Origin: Balanoglossus misakiensis
Lineage: Eukaryota; Animalia; Hemichordata
NCBI GenBank assembly: GCA_040954595.2
Contig: CM082581.2
Location: 2,968,699 to 3,032,698 of the forward strand
Length of the DNA stretch: 64,000 bases
Reading direction: 5' to 3'
This document shows, piece by piece, positions 52,001-64,000 of this stretch; position 1 is the stretch's first letter; each line of letters begins with the position of its first letter. The notes under the pieces are model-generated. The model was given only the letters and a program-made list of their open reading frames with translations, was not told the origin of the DNA and ran no database searches. The position numbers and the translations under genes were made by a program.

Positions 52001-55000
52001 TTTGTAAGTGAAGCCTGACTGTCGCCTGTCTTAGGTCACCACTTCATAAGCGGTCTTACCCGTCATTGGCACAAACAGTCTCAGGAAGTAAGCTTTCAGC
52101 CTACCATTGTAGCTATTATATTTTCCACTTTTTGTAAGTGAAGCCTGACTGTCGCCTGTCTTAGGTCACCACTTCATAAGCGGTCTTACCCGTCATTGGC
52201 ACAAACAGTCTCAGGAAGTAAGCTTTCAGCCTACCATTGTAGCTATTATATTTTCCACTTTTTGTAAGTGAAGCCTGACTGCCGCCTGTCTTAGGTCACC
52301 ACTTCATAAGAGGTCTTACCCGTCATTGGCACAAACAGTCTCAGGAAGTAAGCTTTCAGCCTATCAATGTAGCTATTATATTTCCCACTTTTTGTAAGTG
52401 AAGCCTGACTGTCGCCTGTCTTAGGTCACCACTTCATAAGAGGTCTTACCCTTCATTGGCACAAACAGTCTCAGGAAGTAAGCTTTCAGCCTACCAATGA
52501 AGCTATTATATTTCCCACTTTTTGTAAGTGAAGCCTGACAGTCGCCTGTCTTAGGTCACCACTTCATAAGCGGTCTTACCCGTCATTGGCAAAAACAGTC
52601 TCAGGAAGTAAGCTTTCAGCCTACCAATGTAGCTATTATATTTTTCACTTTTCGGAAGTGAAGCCTGACTGTCGCCTGTCTTAGGTCGCCACTTCATAAG
52701 CGGTCTTACCCGTCATTGGCACAAACAGTCTCAGGAAGTAAGCTTTCAGCCTACCAATGTAGCTATTATATTTTTCACTTTTCGGAAGTGAAGCCTGACT
52801 GTCGCCTGTCTTAGGTCGCCACTTCATAAGCGGTCTTACCCGTCATTGGCACAAACAGTCTCAGGAAGTAAGCTTTCAGCCTACCAATGTAGCTATTATA
52901 TTTTCCACTTTTTGTAAGTGAAGCCTGACTGTCGCCTGTCTTAGGTCACCACTTCATAAGAGGTCTTACCCGTCATTGGCACAAACAGTCTCAGGAAGTA
53001 AGCTTTCAGCCTACCAATGTAGCTATTATATTTTCCACTTTTTGTAAGTGAAGCCTGACTGTCGCCTGTCTTAGGTCACCACTTCATAAGCGGTCTTACC
53101 CGTCATTGGCACAAACAGTCTCAGGAAGTAAGCTTTCAGCCTACCATTGTAGCTATTATATTTTCCACTTTTTGTAAGTGAAGCCTGACTGTCGCCTGTC
53201 TTAGGTCACCACTTCATAAGCGGTCTTACCCGTCATTGGCACAAACAGTCTCAGGAAGTAAGCTTTCAGCCTACCATTGTAGCTATTATATTTTCCACTT
53301 TTTGTAAGTGAAGCCTGACTGCCGCCTGTCTTAGGTCACCACTTCATAAGAGGTCTTACCCGTCATTGGCACAAACAGTCTCAGGAAGTAAGCTTTCAGC
53401 CTATCAATGTAGCTATTATATTTCCCACTTTTTGTAAGTGAAGCCTGACTGTCGCCTGTCTTAGGTCACCACTTCATAAGAGGTCTTACCCTTCATTGGC
53501 ACAAACAGTCTCAGGAAGTAAGCTTTCAGCCTACCAATGAAGCTATTATATTTCCCACTTTTTGTAAGTGAAGCCTGACAGTCGCCTGTCTTAGGTCACC
53601 ACTTCATAAGCGGTCTTACCCGTCATTGGCACAAACAGTCTCAGGAAGTAAGCTTTCAGCCTACCAATATAGCTATTATATTTTCCACTTTTTGGAAGTG
53701 AAGCCTGACTGTCGCCTGTCTTAGGTCACCACTTCATAAGCGGTCTTACCCGTCATTGGCACAAACAGTCTCAGGAAGTAAGCTTTCAGCCTACCAATGT
53801 AGCTATTATATTTTCCACTTTTTGTAAGTGAAGCCTGACTGTCGCCTGTCTTAGGTCACCACTTCATAAGCGGTCTTACCCGTCATTGGCACAAACAGTC
53901 TCAGGAAGTAAGCTTTCAGCCTACCAATGTAGCTATTATATTTTCCACTTTTTGTAAGTGAAGCCTGACTGTCGCCTGTCTTAGGTCACCACTTCATAAG
54001 CGGTCTTACCCGTCATTGGCACAAACAGTCTCAGGAAGTAAGCTTTCAGCCTACCAATGTAGCTATTATATTTTCCCTTTTTGTAAGTGAAGCCTGACTG
54101 TCGCCTGTCTTAGGTCACCCTTCATAAGAGGTCTTACCCGTCATTGGCGCAAACAGTCTCAGGACGTAAGCTTTCAGCCTACCAATGTAGCTATTATATT
54201 TTCCACTTTTTGTAAGTGAAGCCTGACTGTCGCCTGTCTTAGGTCACCACTTCATAAGCGGTCTTACCCGTCATTGGCACAAACAGTCTCAGGAAGTAAG
54301 CTTTCAGCCTACCAATGTAGCTATTATATTTTCCACTTTTTGTAAGTGAAGCCTGACTGTCGCCTGTCTTAGGTCACCACTTCATAAGCGATCTTACCCG
54401 TCATTGGCACAAACAGTCTCAGGAAGTAAGCTTTCAGCCTACCAATGTAGCTATTATATTTTCCACTTTTTGTAAGTGAAGCCTGACTGTCGCCTGTCTT
54501 AGGTCACCACTTCATAAGCGGTCTTACCCGTCATTGGCACAAACAGTCTCAGGAAGTAAGCTTTCAGACTACCAATATAGCTATTATAGTTTCCACTTTT
54601 TGTAAGTGAAGCCTGACTGTCGCCTGTCTTAGGTCACAACTTCATAAGCGGTCTTACCCGTCATTGGCACAAACACTATCAGGAAGTAAGCTTTCAGCCT
54701 ACCAATGTAGCTATTATATTTTCCACTTTTTGTAAGTGAAGCCTGACTGTCGCCTGTCTTAGGTCACCACTTCATAAGCGGTCTTACCCGTCATTGGCAC
54801 AAACAGTCTCAGGAAGTAAGCTTTCAGCCTACCAATGTAGCTATTATATTTTCCCTTTTTGTAAGTGAAGCCTGACTGTCGCCTGTCTTAGGTCACCCTT
54901 CATAAGAGGTCTTACCCGTCATTGGCACAAACAGTCTCAGGAAGTAAGCTTTCAGCCTACCAATGTAGCTATTATATTTTCCACTTTTTGTAAGTGAAGC

Positions 55001-58000
55001 CTGACTGTCGCCTGTCTTAGGTCACCACTTCATAAGCGGTCTTACCCGTCATTGGCACAAACAGTCTCAGGAAGTAAGCTTTCAGCCTACCAATGTAGCT
55101 ATTATATTTTCCACTTTTTGTAAGTGAAGCCTGACTGTCGCCTGTCTTAGGTCACCACTTCATAAGCGGTCTTACCCGTCATTGGCACAGACAGTCTCAG
55201 GAAGTAAGCTTTCAGCCTACCAATGTAGCTATTATATTTTCCACTTTTTGTAAGTGAAGCCTGACTGTCGCCTGTCTTAGGTCACCACTTCATAAGCGAT
55301 CTTACCCGTCATTGGCACAAACAGTCTCAGGAAGTAAGCTTTCATCCTACCAATGTAGCTATTGTATTTTCCACTTTTTGTAAGTGAAGCCTGACAGTCG
55401 CTTGTCTTAGGTCACCACTTCATAAGAGGTCTTACCCGTCATTGGCACAAACAGTCTCAGGAAGTAAGCTTTCAGCCTACCAATGTAGCTATTATATTTT
55501 CCACTTTTTGTAAGTGAAGCCTGACTGTCGCCTGTCTTAGGTCACCACTTCATAAGCGGTCTTACCCGTCATTGGCGCAAACAGTCTCAGGACGTAAGCT
55601 TTCAGCCTACCAATGTAGCTATTATATTTTCCACTTTTTGTAAGTGAAGCCTGACTGTCGCCTGTCTTAGGTCACCACTTCATAAGCGGTCTTACCCGTC
55701 ATTGGCACAAACAGTCTCAGGAAGTAAGCTTTCAGCCTACCAATGTAGCTATTATATTTTCCACTTTTTGTAAGTGAAGCCTGACTGTCGCCTGTCTTAG
55801 GTCACCACTTCATAAGCGATCTTACCCGTCATTGGCACAAACAGTCTCAGGAAGTAAGCTTTCAGCCTACCAATGTAGCTATTATATTTTCCACTTTTTG
55901 TAAGTGAAGCCTGACTGTCGCCTGTCTTAGGTCACCACTTCATAAGCGGTCTTACCCGTCATTGGCACAAACAGTCTCAGGAAGTAAGCTTTCAGACTAC
56001 CAATATAGCTATTATAGTTTCCACTTCTTGGAAGTGAAGCCTGACTGTCGCCTGTCTTAGGTCACAACTTCATAAGCGGTCTTACCCGTCATTGGCACAA
56101 ACACTATCAGGAAGTAAGCTTTCAGCCTACCAATATAGCTATTATATTTTTCACTTTTTGGAAGTGAAGCCTGACTGTCGCCTGTCTTAGGTCACCACTT
56201 CATAAGCGGTCTTACCCGTCATTGGCACAAACAGTCTCAGGAAGTAAGCTTTCAGCCTACCAATGTAGCTATTATATTTTTCACTTTTTGGAAGTGAAGC
56301 CTGACTGTCGCCTGTCTTAGGTCGCCACTTCATAAGCGGTCTTACCCGTCATTGGCACAAACAGTCTCAGGAAGTAAGCTTTCAGCCTACCAATGTAGCT
56401 ATTACATTTTTCCACTTTTTGTAAGTGAAGCCTGACTGTCGCCTGTCTTAGGTCACCACTTCATAAGCGGTCTTACCCGTCATTGGCACAAACAGTCTCA
56501 GGAAGTAAGCTTTCAGCCTACCAATGTAGCTATTATATTTTCCACTTTTTGTAAGTGAAGCCTGACTGTCGCCTGTCTTAGGTCACCACTTCATAAGCGG
56601 TCTTACCCGTCATTGGCACAAACAGTCTCAGGAAGTAAGCTTTCAGCCTACCAATGTAGCTATTATATGTTCCACTTTTTGTAAGTGAAGCCTGACTGTC
56701 GCCTGTCTTAGGTCACCACTTCATAAGCGGTCTTACCCGTCATTGGCACAAACAGTCTCAGGAAGTAAGCTTTCAGCCTACCAATGTAGCTATTATATTT
56801 TCCACTTTTTGTAAGTGAAACCTGACTATCGCCTGTCTTAGGTCACCACTTCATAAGAGGTCTTACCTGTCATTGGCACAAACAGTCTCAGGAAGTAAGC
56901 TTTCAGCCTACCAATGTAGCTATTATATTTTCCTCTTTTTGTAAGTGAAGCCTGACTGTCGCCTGTCTTAGGTCACCACTTCATAAGCTGTCTTACCCGT
57001 CATTGGCACAAACAGTCTCAGGAAGTAAGCTTTCAGCCTACCATTGTAGCTATTATATTTTCCACTTTTTGTAAGTGAAGCCTGACTGTCGCCTGTCTTA
57101 GGTCACCACTTCATAAGCGGTCTTACCCGTCATTGGCACAAACAGTCTCAGGAAGTAAGCTTTCAGCCTACCAATGTAGCTATTACATTTTCCACTTTTT
57201 GTAAGTGAAGCCTGACTGTCGCCTGTCTTAGGTCACCACTTCATAAGCGATCTTACCCGTCATTGGCACAAACAGTCTCAGGAAGTAAGCTTTCAGCCTA
57301 CCAATATAGCTATTATATTTTTCACTTTTTGGAAGTGAAGCCTGACTGTCGCCTGTCTTAGGTCACCACTTCATAAGCGGTCTTACCCGTCATTGGCACA
57401 AACAGTCTCAGGAAGTAAGCTTTCAGCCTACCATTGTAGCTATTATATTTTCCACTTTTTGTAAGTGAAGCCTGACTGTCGCCTGTCTTAGGTCACCACT
57501 TCATAAGCGGTCTTACCCGTCATTGGCACAAACAGTCTCAGGAAGTAAGCTTTCAGCCTACCAATGTAGCTATTATATTTTCCACTTTTTGAAAGTGAAG
57601 CCTGACTGTCGCCTGTCTTAGGTCACCACTTCATAAGCGGTCTTACCCGTCATTGGCACAAACAGTCTCAGGAAGTAAGCTTTCAGCCTACCAATGTAGC
57701 TATTATATTTTCCACTTTTTGTAAGTGAAGCCTGACTGTCGCCTGTCTTAGGTCACCACTTCATAAGCGATCTTACCCGTCATTGGCACAAACAGTCTCA
57801 GGAAGTAAGCTTTCAGCCTACCAATATAGCTATTATATTTTTCACTTTTTGGAAGTGAAGCCTGACTGTCGCCTGTCTTAGGTCACCACTTCATAAGCTG
57901 TCTTACCCGTCATTGGCACAAACAGTCTCAGGAAGTAAGCTTTCAGCCTACCAATGTAGCTATTATATTTTCCACTTTTTGTAAGTGAAGCCTGACTGTC

Positions 58001-61000
58001 GCCTGTCTTAGGTCACCACTTCATAAGCGGTCTTACCCGTCATTGGCACAAACAGTCTCAGGAAGTAAGCTTTCAGCCTACCAATGTAGCTATTATATAT
58101 TCCACTTTTTGTAAGTGAAGCCTGACTGTCGCCTGTCTTAGGTCACCATTTCATAAGCGATCTTACCCGTCATTGGCACAAACAGTCTCAGGAAGTAAGC
58201 TTTCAGCCTACCAATGTAGCTATTATATTTTCCACTTTTTGTAAGTGAAGCCTGACTGTCGCCTGTCTTAGGTCACCACTTCATAAGCGGTCTTACCCGT
58301 CATTGGCACAAACAGTCTCAGGAAGTAAGCTTTCAGCCTACCAATATAGCTATTATATTTTCCACTTTTTGGAAGTGAAGCCTGACTGTCGCCTGTCTTA
58401 GGTCACCACTTCATAAGCGGTCTTACCCGTCATTGGCACAAATACTATCAGGAAGTAAGCTTTCAGCCTACCAATATAGCTATTATATTTTTCACTTTTT
58501 GGAAGTGAAGCCTGACTGTCGCCTGTCTTAGGTCACCACTTCATAAGCGGTCTTACCCGTCATTGGCACAAACAGTCTCAGGAAGTAAGCTTTCAGCCTA
58601 CCAATGTAGCTATTATATTTTTAACTTTTTGGAAGTGAAGCCTGACTGTCGCCTGTCTTAGGTCGCCACTTCATAAGCGGTCTTACCCGTCATTGGCACA
58701 AACAGTCTCAGGAAGTAAGCTTTCAGCCTACCAATGTAGCTATTACATTTTTCCACTTTTTGTAAGTGAAGCCTGACTGTCGCCTGTCTTAGGTCACCAC
58801 TTCATAAGAGGTCTTACCCGTCATTGGCACAAACAGTCTCAGGAAGTAAGCTTTCAGCCTCCCAATATACCTATTATATTTTCCACTTTTTGTAAGTGAA
58901 GCCTGTCTGTCGCCTGTCTTAGGTCACCACTTCATAAGCGGTCTTACCCGTCATTGGCACAAACAGTCTCAGGAAGTAAGCTTTCAGCCTACCAATGTAG
59001 CTATTATATTTTCCACTTTTTGTAAGTGAAGCCTGACTGTCGCCTGTCTTAGGTCACCACTTCATAAGCGGTCTTACCCGTCATTGGCACAAACAGTCTC
59101 AGGAAGTAAGCTTTCAGCCTACCAATGTAGCTATTATATTTTCCACTTTTTGTAAGTGAAGCCTGACTATCGCCTGTCTTAGGTCACCACTTCATAAGAG
59201 GTCTTACCTGTCATTGGCACAAACAGTCTCAGGAAGTAAGCTTTCAGCCTACCAATGCAGCTATTATATTTTCCACTTTTTGTAAGTGAAGCCTGACTGT
59301 CGCCTGTCTTAGGTCACCACTTCATAAGCGGTCTTACCCGTCATTGGCAAAAACAGTCTCAGGAAGTAAGCTTTCAGCCTACCATTGTAGCTATTATATT
59401 TTCCACTTTTTGTAAGTGAAGCTTGACTGTCGCCTGTCTTAGGTCACCACTTCATAAGCGGTCTTACCCGTCATTGGCACAAACAGTCTCAGGAAGTAAG
59501 CTTTCAGCCTACCAATGTAGCTATTATATTTTCCACTTTTTGTAAGTGAAGACTGACTGTCGCCTTTCTTAGGTCACCACTTCATAAGCGGTCTTACCCG
59601 TCATTGGCACAAACAGTCTCAGGAAGTAAGCTTTCAGCCTACCAATGTAGCTATTATATTTTCCACTTTTTGTAAGTGAAGCCTGACTGTCGCCTGTCTT
59701 AGGTCATCACTTCATAAGCGTTCTTACCCGTCATTGGCACAAACAGTCTCAGGAAGTAAGCTTTCAGCCTACCAATGTAGCTATTATATTTTCCACTTTT
59801 TGTAAGTGAAGCCTGACTGTCGCCTGTCTTAGGTCACCACTTCATAAGCGGTCTTACCCGTCATTGGCACAAACAGTCTCAGGAAGTAAGCTTTCAGCCT
59901 ACCAATGTAGCTATTATATTTTCCACTTTTTGTAAGTGAAGCCTGACTGTCGCCTGTCTTAGGTCACCACTTCATAAGCGATCTTACCCGTCATTGGCAC
60001 AAACAGTCTCAGGAAGTAAGCTTTCAGCCTACCAATATAGCTATTATATTTTTCACTTTTTGGAAGTGAAGCCTGACTGTCGCCTGTCTTAGGTCACCAC
60101 TTCATAAGCGGTCTTACCCGTCATTGGCACAAACAGTCTCAGGAAGTAAGCTTTCAGCCTACCATTGTAGCTATTATATTTTCCACTTTTTGTAAGTGAA
60201 GCCTGACTGTCGCCTGTCTTAGGTCACCACTTCATAAGCGGTCTTACCCGTCATTGGCACAAACAGTCTCAGGAAGTAAGCTTTCAGCCTACCAATGTAG
60301 CTATTATATTTTCCACTTTTTGAAAGTGAAGCCTGACTGTCGCCTGTCTTAGGTCACCACTTCATAAGCGGTCTTACCCGTCATTGGCACAAACAGTCTC
60401 AGGAAGTAAGCTTTCAGCCTACCAATGTAGCTATTATATTTTCCACTTTTTGTAAGTGAAGCCTGACTGTCGCCTGTCTTAGGTCACCACTTCATAAGCG
60501 ATCTTACCCGTCATTGGCACAAACAGTCTCAGGAAGTAAGCTTTCAGCCTACCAATATAGCTATTATATTTTTCACTTTTTGGAAGTGAAGCCTGACTGT
60601 CGCCTGTCTTAGGTCACCACTTCATAAGCTGTCTTACCCGTCATTGGCACAAACAGTCTCAGGAAGTAAGCTTTCAGCCTACCAATGTAGCTATTATATT
60701 TTCCACTTTTTGTAAGTGAAGCCTGACTGTCGCCTGTCTTAGGTCACCACTTCATAAGCGGTCTTACCCGTCATTGGCACAAACAGTCTCAGGAAGTAAG
60801 CTTTCAGCCTACCAATGTAGCTATTATATTTTCCACTTTTTGTAAGTGAAGCCTGACTGTCGCCTGTCTTAGGTCACCACTTCATAAGCGATCTTACCCG
60901 TCATTGGCACAAACAGTCTCAGGAAGTAAGCTTTCAGCCTACCAATGTAGCTATTATATTTTCCACTTTTTGTAAGTGAAGCCTGACTGTCGCCTGTCTT

Positions 61001-64000
61001 AGGTCACCACTTCATAAGCGGTCTTACCCGTCATTGGCACAAACAGTCTCAGGAAGTAAGCTTTCAGCCTACCAATATAGCTATTATATTTTCCACTTTT
61101 TGGAAGTGAAGCCTGACTGTCGCCTGTCTTAGGTCACCACTTCATAAGCGGTCTTACCCGTCATTGGCACAAACACTATCAGGAAGTAAGCTTTCAGCCT
61201 ACCAATATAGCTATTATATTTTTCACTTTTTGGAAGTGAAGCCTGACTGTCGCCTGTCTTAGGTCACCACTTCATAAGCGGTCTTACCCGTCATTGGCAC
61301 AAACAGTCTCAGGAAGTAAGCTTTCAGCCTACCAATGTAGCTATTATATTTTTCACTTTTTGGAAGTGAAGCCTGACTGTCGCCTGTCTTAGGTCGCCAC
61401 TTCATAAGCGGTCTTACCCGTCATTGGCACAAACAGTCTCAGGAAGTAAGCTTTCAGCCTACCAATGTAGCTATTACATTTTTCCACTTTTTGTAAGTGA
61501 AGCCTGACTGTCGCCTGTCTTAGGTCACCACTTCATAAGAGGTCTTACCCGTCATTGGCACAAACAGTCTCAGGAAGTAAGCTTTCAGCCTCCCAATATA
61601 CCTATTATATTTTCCACTTTTTGTAAGTGAAGCCTGACTGTCGCCTGTCTTAGGTCACCACTTCATAAGCGGTCTTACCCGTCATTGGCACAAACAGTCT
61701 CAGGAAGTAAGCTTTCAGCCTACCAATGTAGCTATTATATTTTCCACTTTTTGCAAGTGAAGCCTGACTGTCGCCTGTCTTAGGTCACCACTTCATAAGC
61801 GGTCTTACCCGTCATTGGCACAAACAGTCTCAGGAAGTAAGCTTTCAGCCTACCAATGTAGCTATTATATTTTCCACTTTTTGTAAGTGAAGCCTGACTA
61901 TCGCCTGTCTTAGGTCACCACTTCATAAGAGGTCTTACCTGTCATTGGCACAAACAGTCTCAGGAAGTAAGCTTTCAGCCTACCAATGCAGCTATTATAT
62001 TTTCCACTTTTTGTAAGTGAAGCCTGACTGTCGCCTGTCTTAGGTCACCACTTCATAAGCGGTCTTACCCGTCATTGGCAAAAACAGTCTCAGGAAGTAA
62101 GCTTTCAGCCTACCATTGTAGCTATTATATTTTCCACTTTTTGTAAGTGAAGCTTGACTGTCGCCTGTCTTAGGTCACCACTTCATAAGCGGTCTTACCC
62201 GTCATTGGCACAAACAGTCTCAGGAAGTAAGCTTTCAGCCTACCAATGTAGCTATTATATTTTCCACTTTTTGTAAGTGAAGACTGACTGTCGCCTTTCT
62301 TAGGTCACCACTTCATAAGCCGTCTTACCCGTCATTGGCACAAACAGTCTTAGGAAGTAAGCTTTCAGCCTACCAATGTAGCTATTATATTTTCCACTTT
62401 TTGTAAGTGAAGCCTGACTGTCGCCTGTCTTTGGTCACCACTTAATAAGCGATCTTACCCGTCATTGGCACAATCAGTCTCAGGAAGTAAGCTTTCAGCC
62501 TACCAATGTAGCTATTATATTTTCCACTTTTTGTAAGTGAAGCCTGACTGTCGCCTGTCTTAGGTCACCACTTCATAAGCGGTCTTACCCGTCATTGGCA
62601 CAAACAGTCTCAGGAAGTAAGCTTTCAGCCTACCAATATAGCTATTATATTTTCCACTTTTTGGAAGTGAAGCCTGACTGTCGCCTGTCTTAGGTCACCA
62701 CTTCATAAGCGGTCTTACCCGTCATTGGCACAAACACTCTCAGGAAGTAAGCTTTCAGCCTACCAATATAGCTATTATATTTTTCACTTTTTGGAAGTGA
62801 AGCCTGACTGTCGCCTGTCTTAGGTCACCACTTCATAAGCGGTCTTACCCGTCATTGGCACAAACAGTCTCAGGAAGTAAGCTTTCAGCCTACCAATGTA
62901 GCTATTATATTTTTCAATTTTTGGAAGTGAAGCCTGACTGTCGCCTGTCTTAGGTCACCACTTCATAAGCGGTCTTACCCGTCATTGGCACAAACAGTCT
63001 CAGGAAGTAAGCTTTCAGCCTACCAATGTAGCTATTACATTTTTCCACTTTTTGTAAGTGAAGCCTGACTGTCGCCTGTCTTAGGTCACCACTTCATAAG
63101 AGGTCTTACCCGTCATTGGCACAAACAGTCTCAGGAAGTAAGCTTTCAGCCTCCCAATGTACCTATTATATTTTCCACTTTTTGTAAGTGAAGCCTGACT
63201 GTCGCCTGTCTTAGGTCACCACTTCATAAGCGGTCTTACCCGTCATTGGCACAAACAGTCTCAGGAAGTAAGCTTTCAGCCTACCAATGTAGCTATTATA
63301 TTTTCCACTTTTTGTAAGTGAAGCCTGACTGTCGCCTGTCTTAGGTCACCACTTCATAAGCGGTCTTACCCGTCATTGGCACAAACAGTCTCAGGAAGTA
63401 AGCTTTCAGCCTACCAATGTAGCTATTATATTTTCCACTTTTTGTAAGTGAAGCCTGACTATCGCCTGTCTTAGGTCACCACTTCATAAGAGGTCTTACC
63501 CGTCATTGGCACAAACAGTCTCAGGAAGTAAGCTTTCAGCCTACCAATGTAGCTATTATATTTTCCACTTTTTGTAAGTGAAGCCTGACTGTCGCCTGTC
63601 TTAGGTCACCACTTCATAAGCGGTCTTACCCGTCATTGGCACAAACAGTCTCAGGAAGTAAGCTTTCAGCCTACCATTGTAGCTATTATATTTTCCACTT
63701 TTTGTAAGTGAAGCCTGACTGTCGCCTGTCTTAGGTCACCACTTCATAAGCGGTCTTACCCGTCATTGGCACAAACAGTCTCAGGAAGTAAGCTTTCAGC
63801 CTACCAATGTAGCTATTATATTTTCCACTTTTTGTAAGTGAAGCCTGACTGTCGCCTGTCTTAGGTCACCACTTCATAAGCGGTCTTACCCGTCATTGGC
63901 ACAAACAGTCTCAGGAAGTAAGCTTTCAGGCTACCAATGTACCTATTATATTTTCCACTTTTTGTAAGTGAAGCCTGACTGTCGCCTGTCTTAGGTCACC
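19005..64000. repeat. 130-bp tandem satellite DNA, ~346 monomers, continuing past the window end. Consensus CATAAGCGGTCTTACCCGTCATTGGCACAAACAGTCTCAGGAAGTAAGCTTTCAGCCTACCAATGTAGCTATTATATTTTCCACTTTTTGTAAGTGAAGCCTGACTGTCGCCTGTCTTAGGTCACCACTT
   Basis: Head-to-tail period of 130 bp (e.g. CATAAGCGGT at 19261 and 19391); monomers differ from consensus at only a few positions; one HindIII and one BstEII site per consensus monomer. Confidence 0.99.

Noticed and set aside
19005-64000. CRISPR array or hammerhead-ribozyme satellite
   Set aside because: No unique spacers and no cas genes; no CUGANGA/GAAA core found on either strand of the monomer.

Overview
Eukaryotic (metazoan, probably marine invertebrate; the taxon is an inference) genomic DNA. 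The first ~19 kb is unique or repeat-interspersed sequence. It holds (i) a 7-exon + strand gene (845-7220, ~1271 aa, every intron phase 1) joining a probably inactive GT-B glycosyltransferase-like domain, a TRADD-N-like domain, a CxxC mini-exon, an unassigned domain, a coiled coil and an IFIT-like TPR array; (ii) tRNA-Asn(GTT); (iii) a ~1.74-kb tandem duplication carrying two - strand genes for secreted prepropeptides (signal peptide, RNKR site on a 22-bp microexon, 8-Cys mature peptide C-C-C-C-CC-CC) with an invariant prepro region and a hypervariable mature region; and (iv) several MITE or hairpin elements. From ~19,005 to the window end lies a ~45-kb array of a 130-bp satellite (~346 monomers) with regional variant domains and local higher-order repeats. 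All gene models were built by hand from splice signals and frame continuity; no database searches were run.
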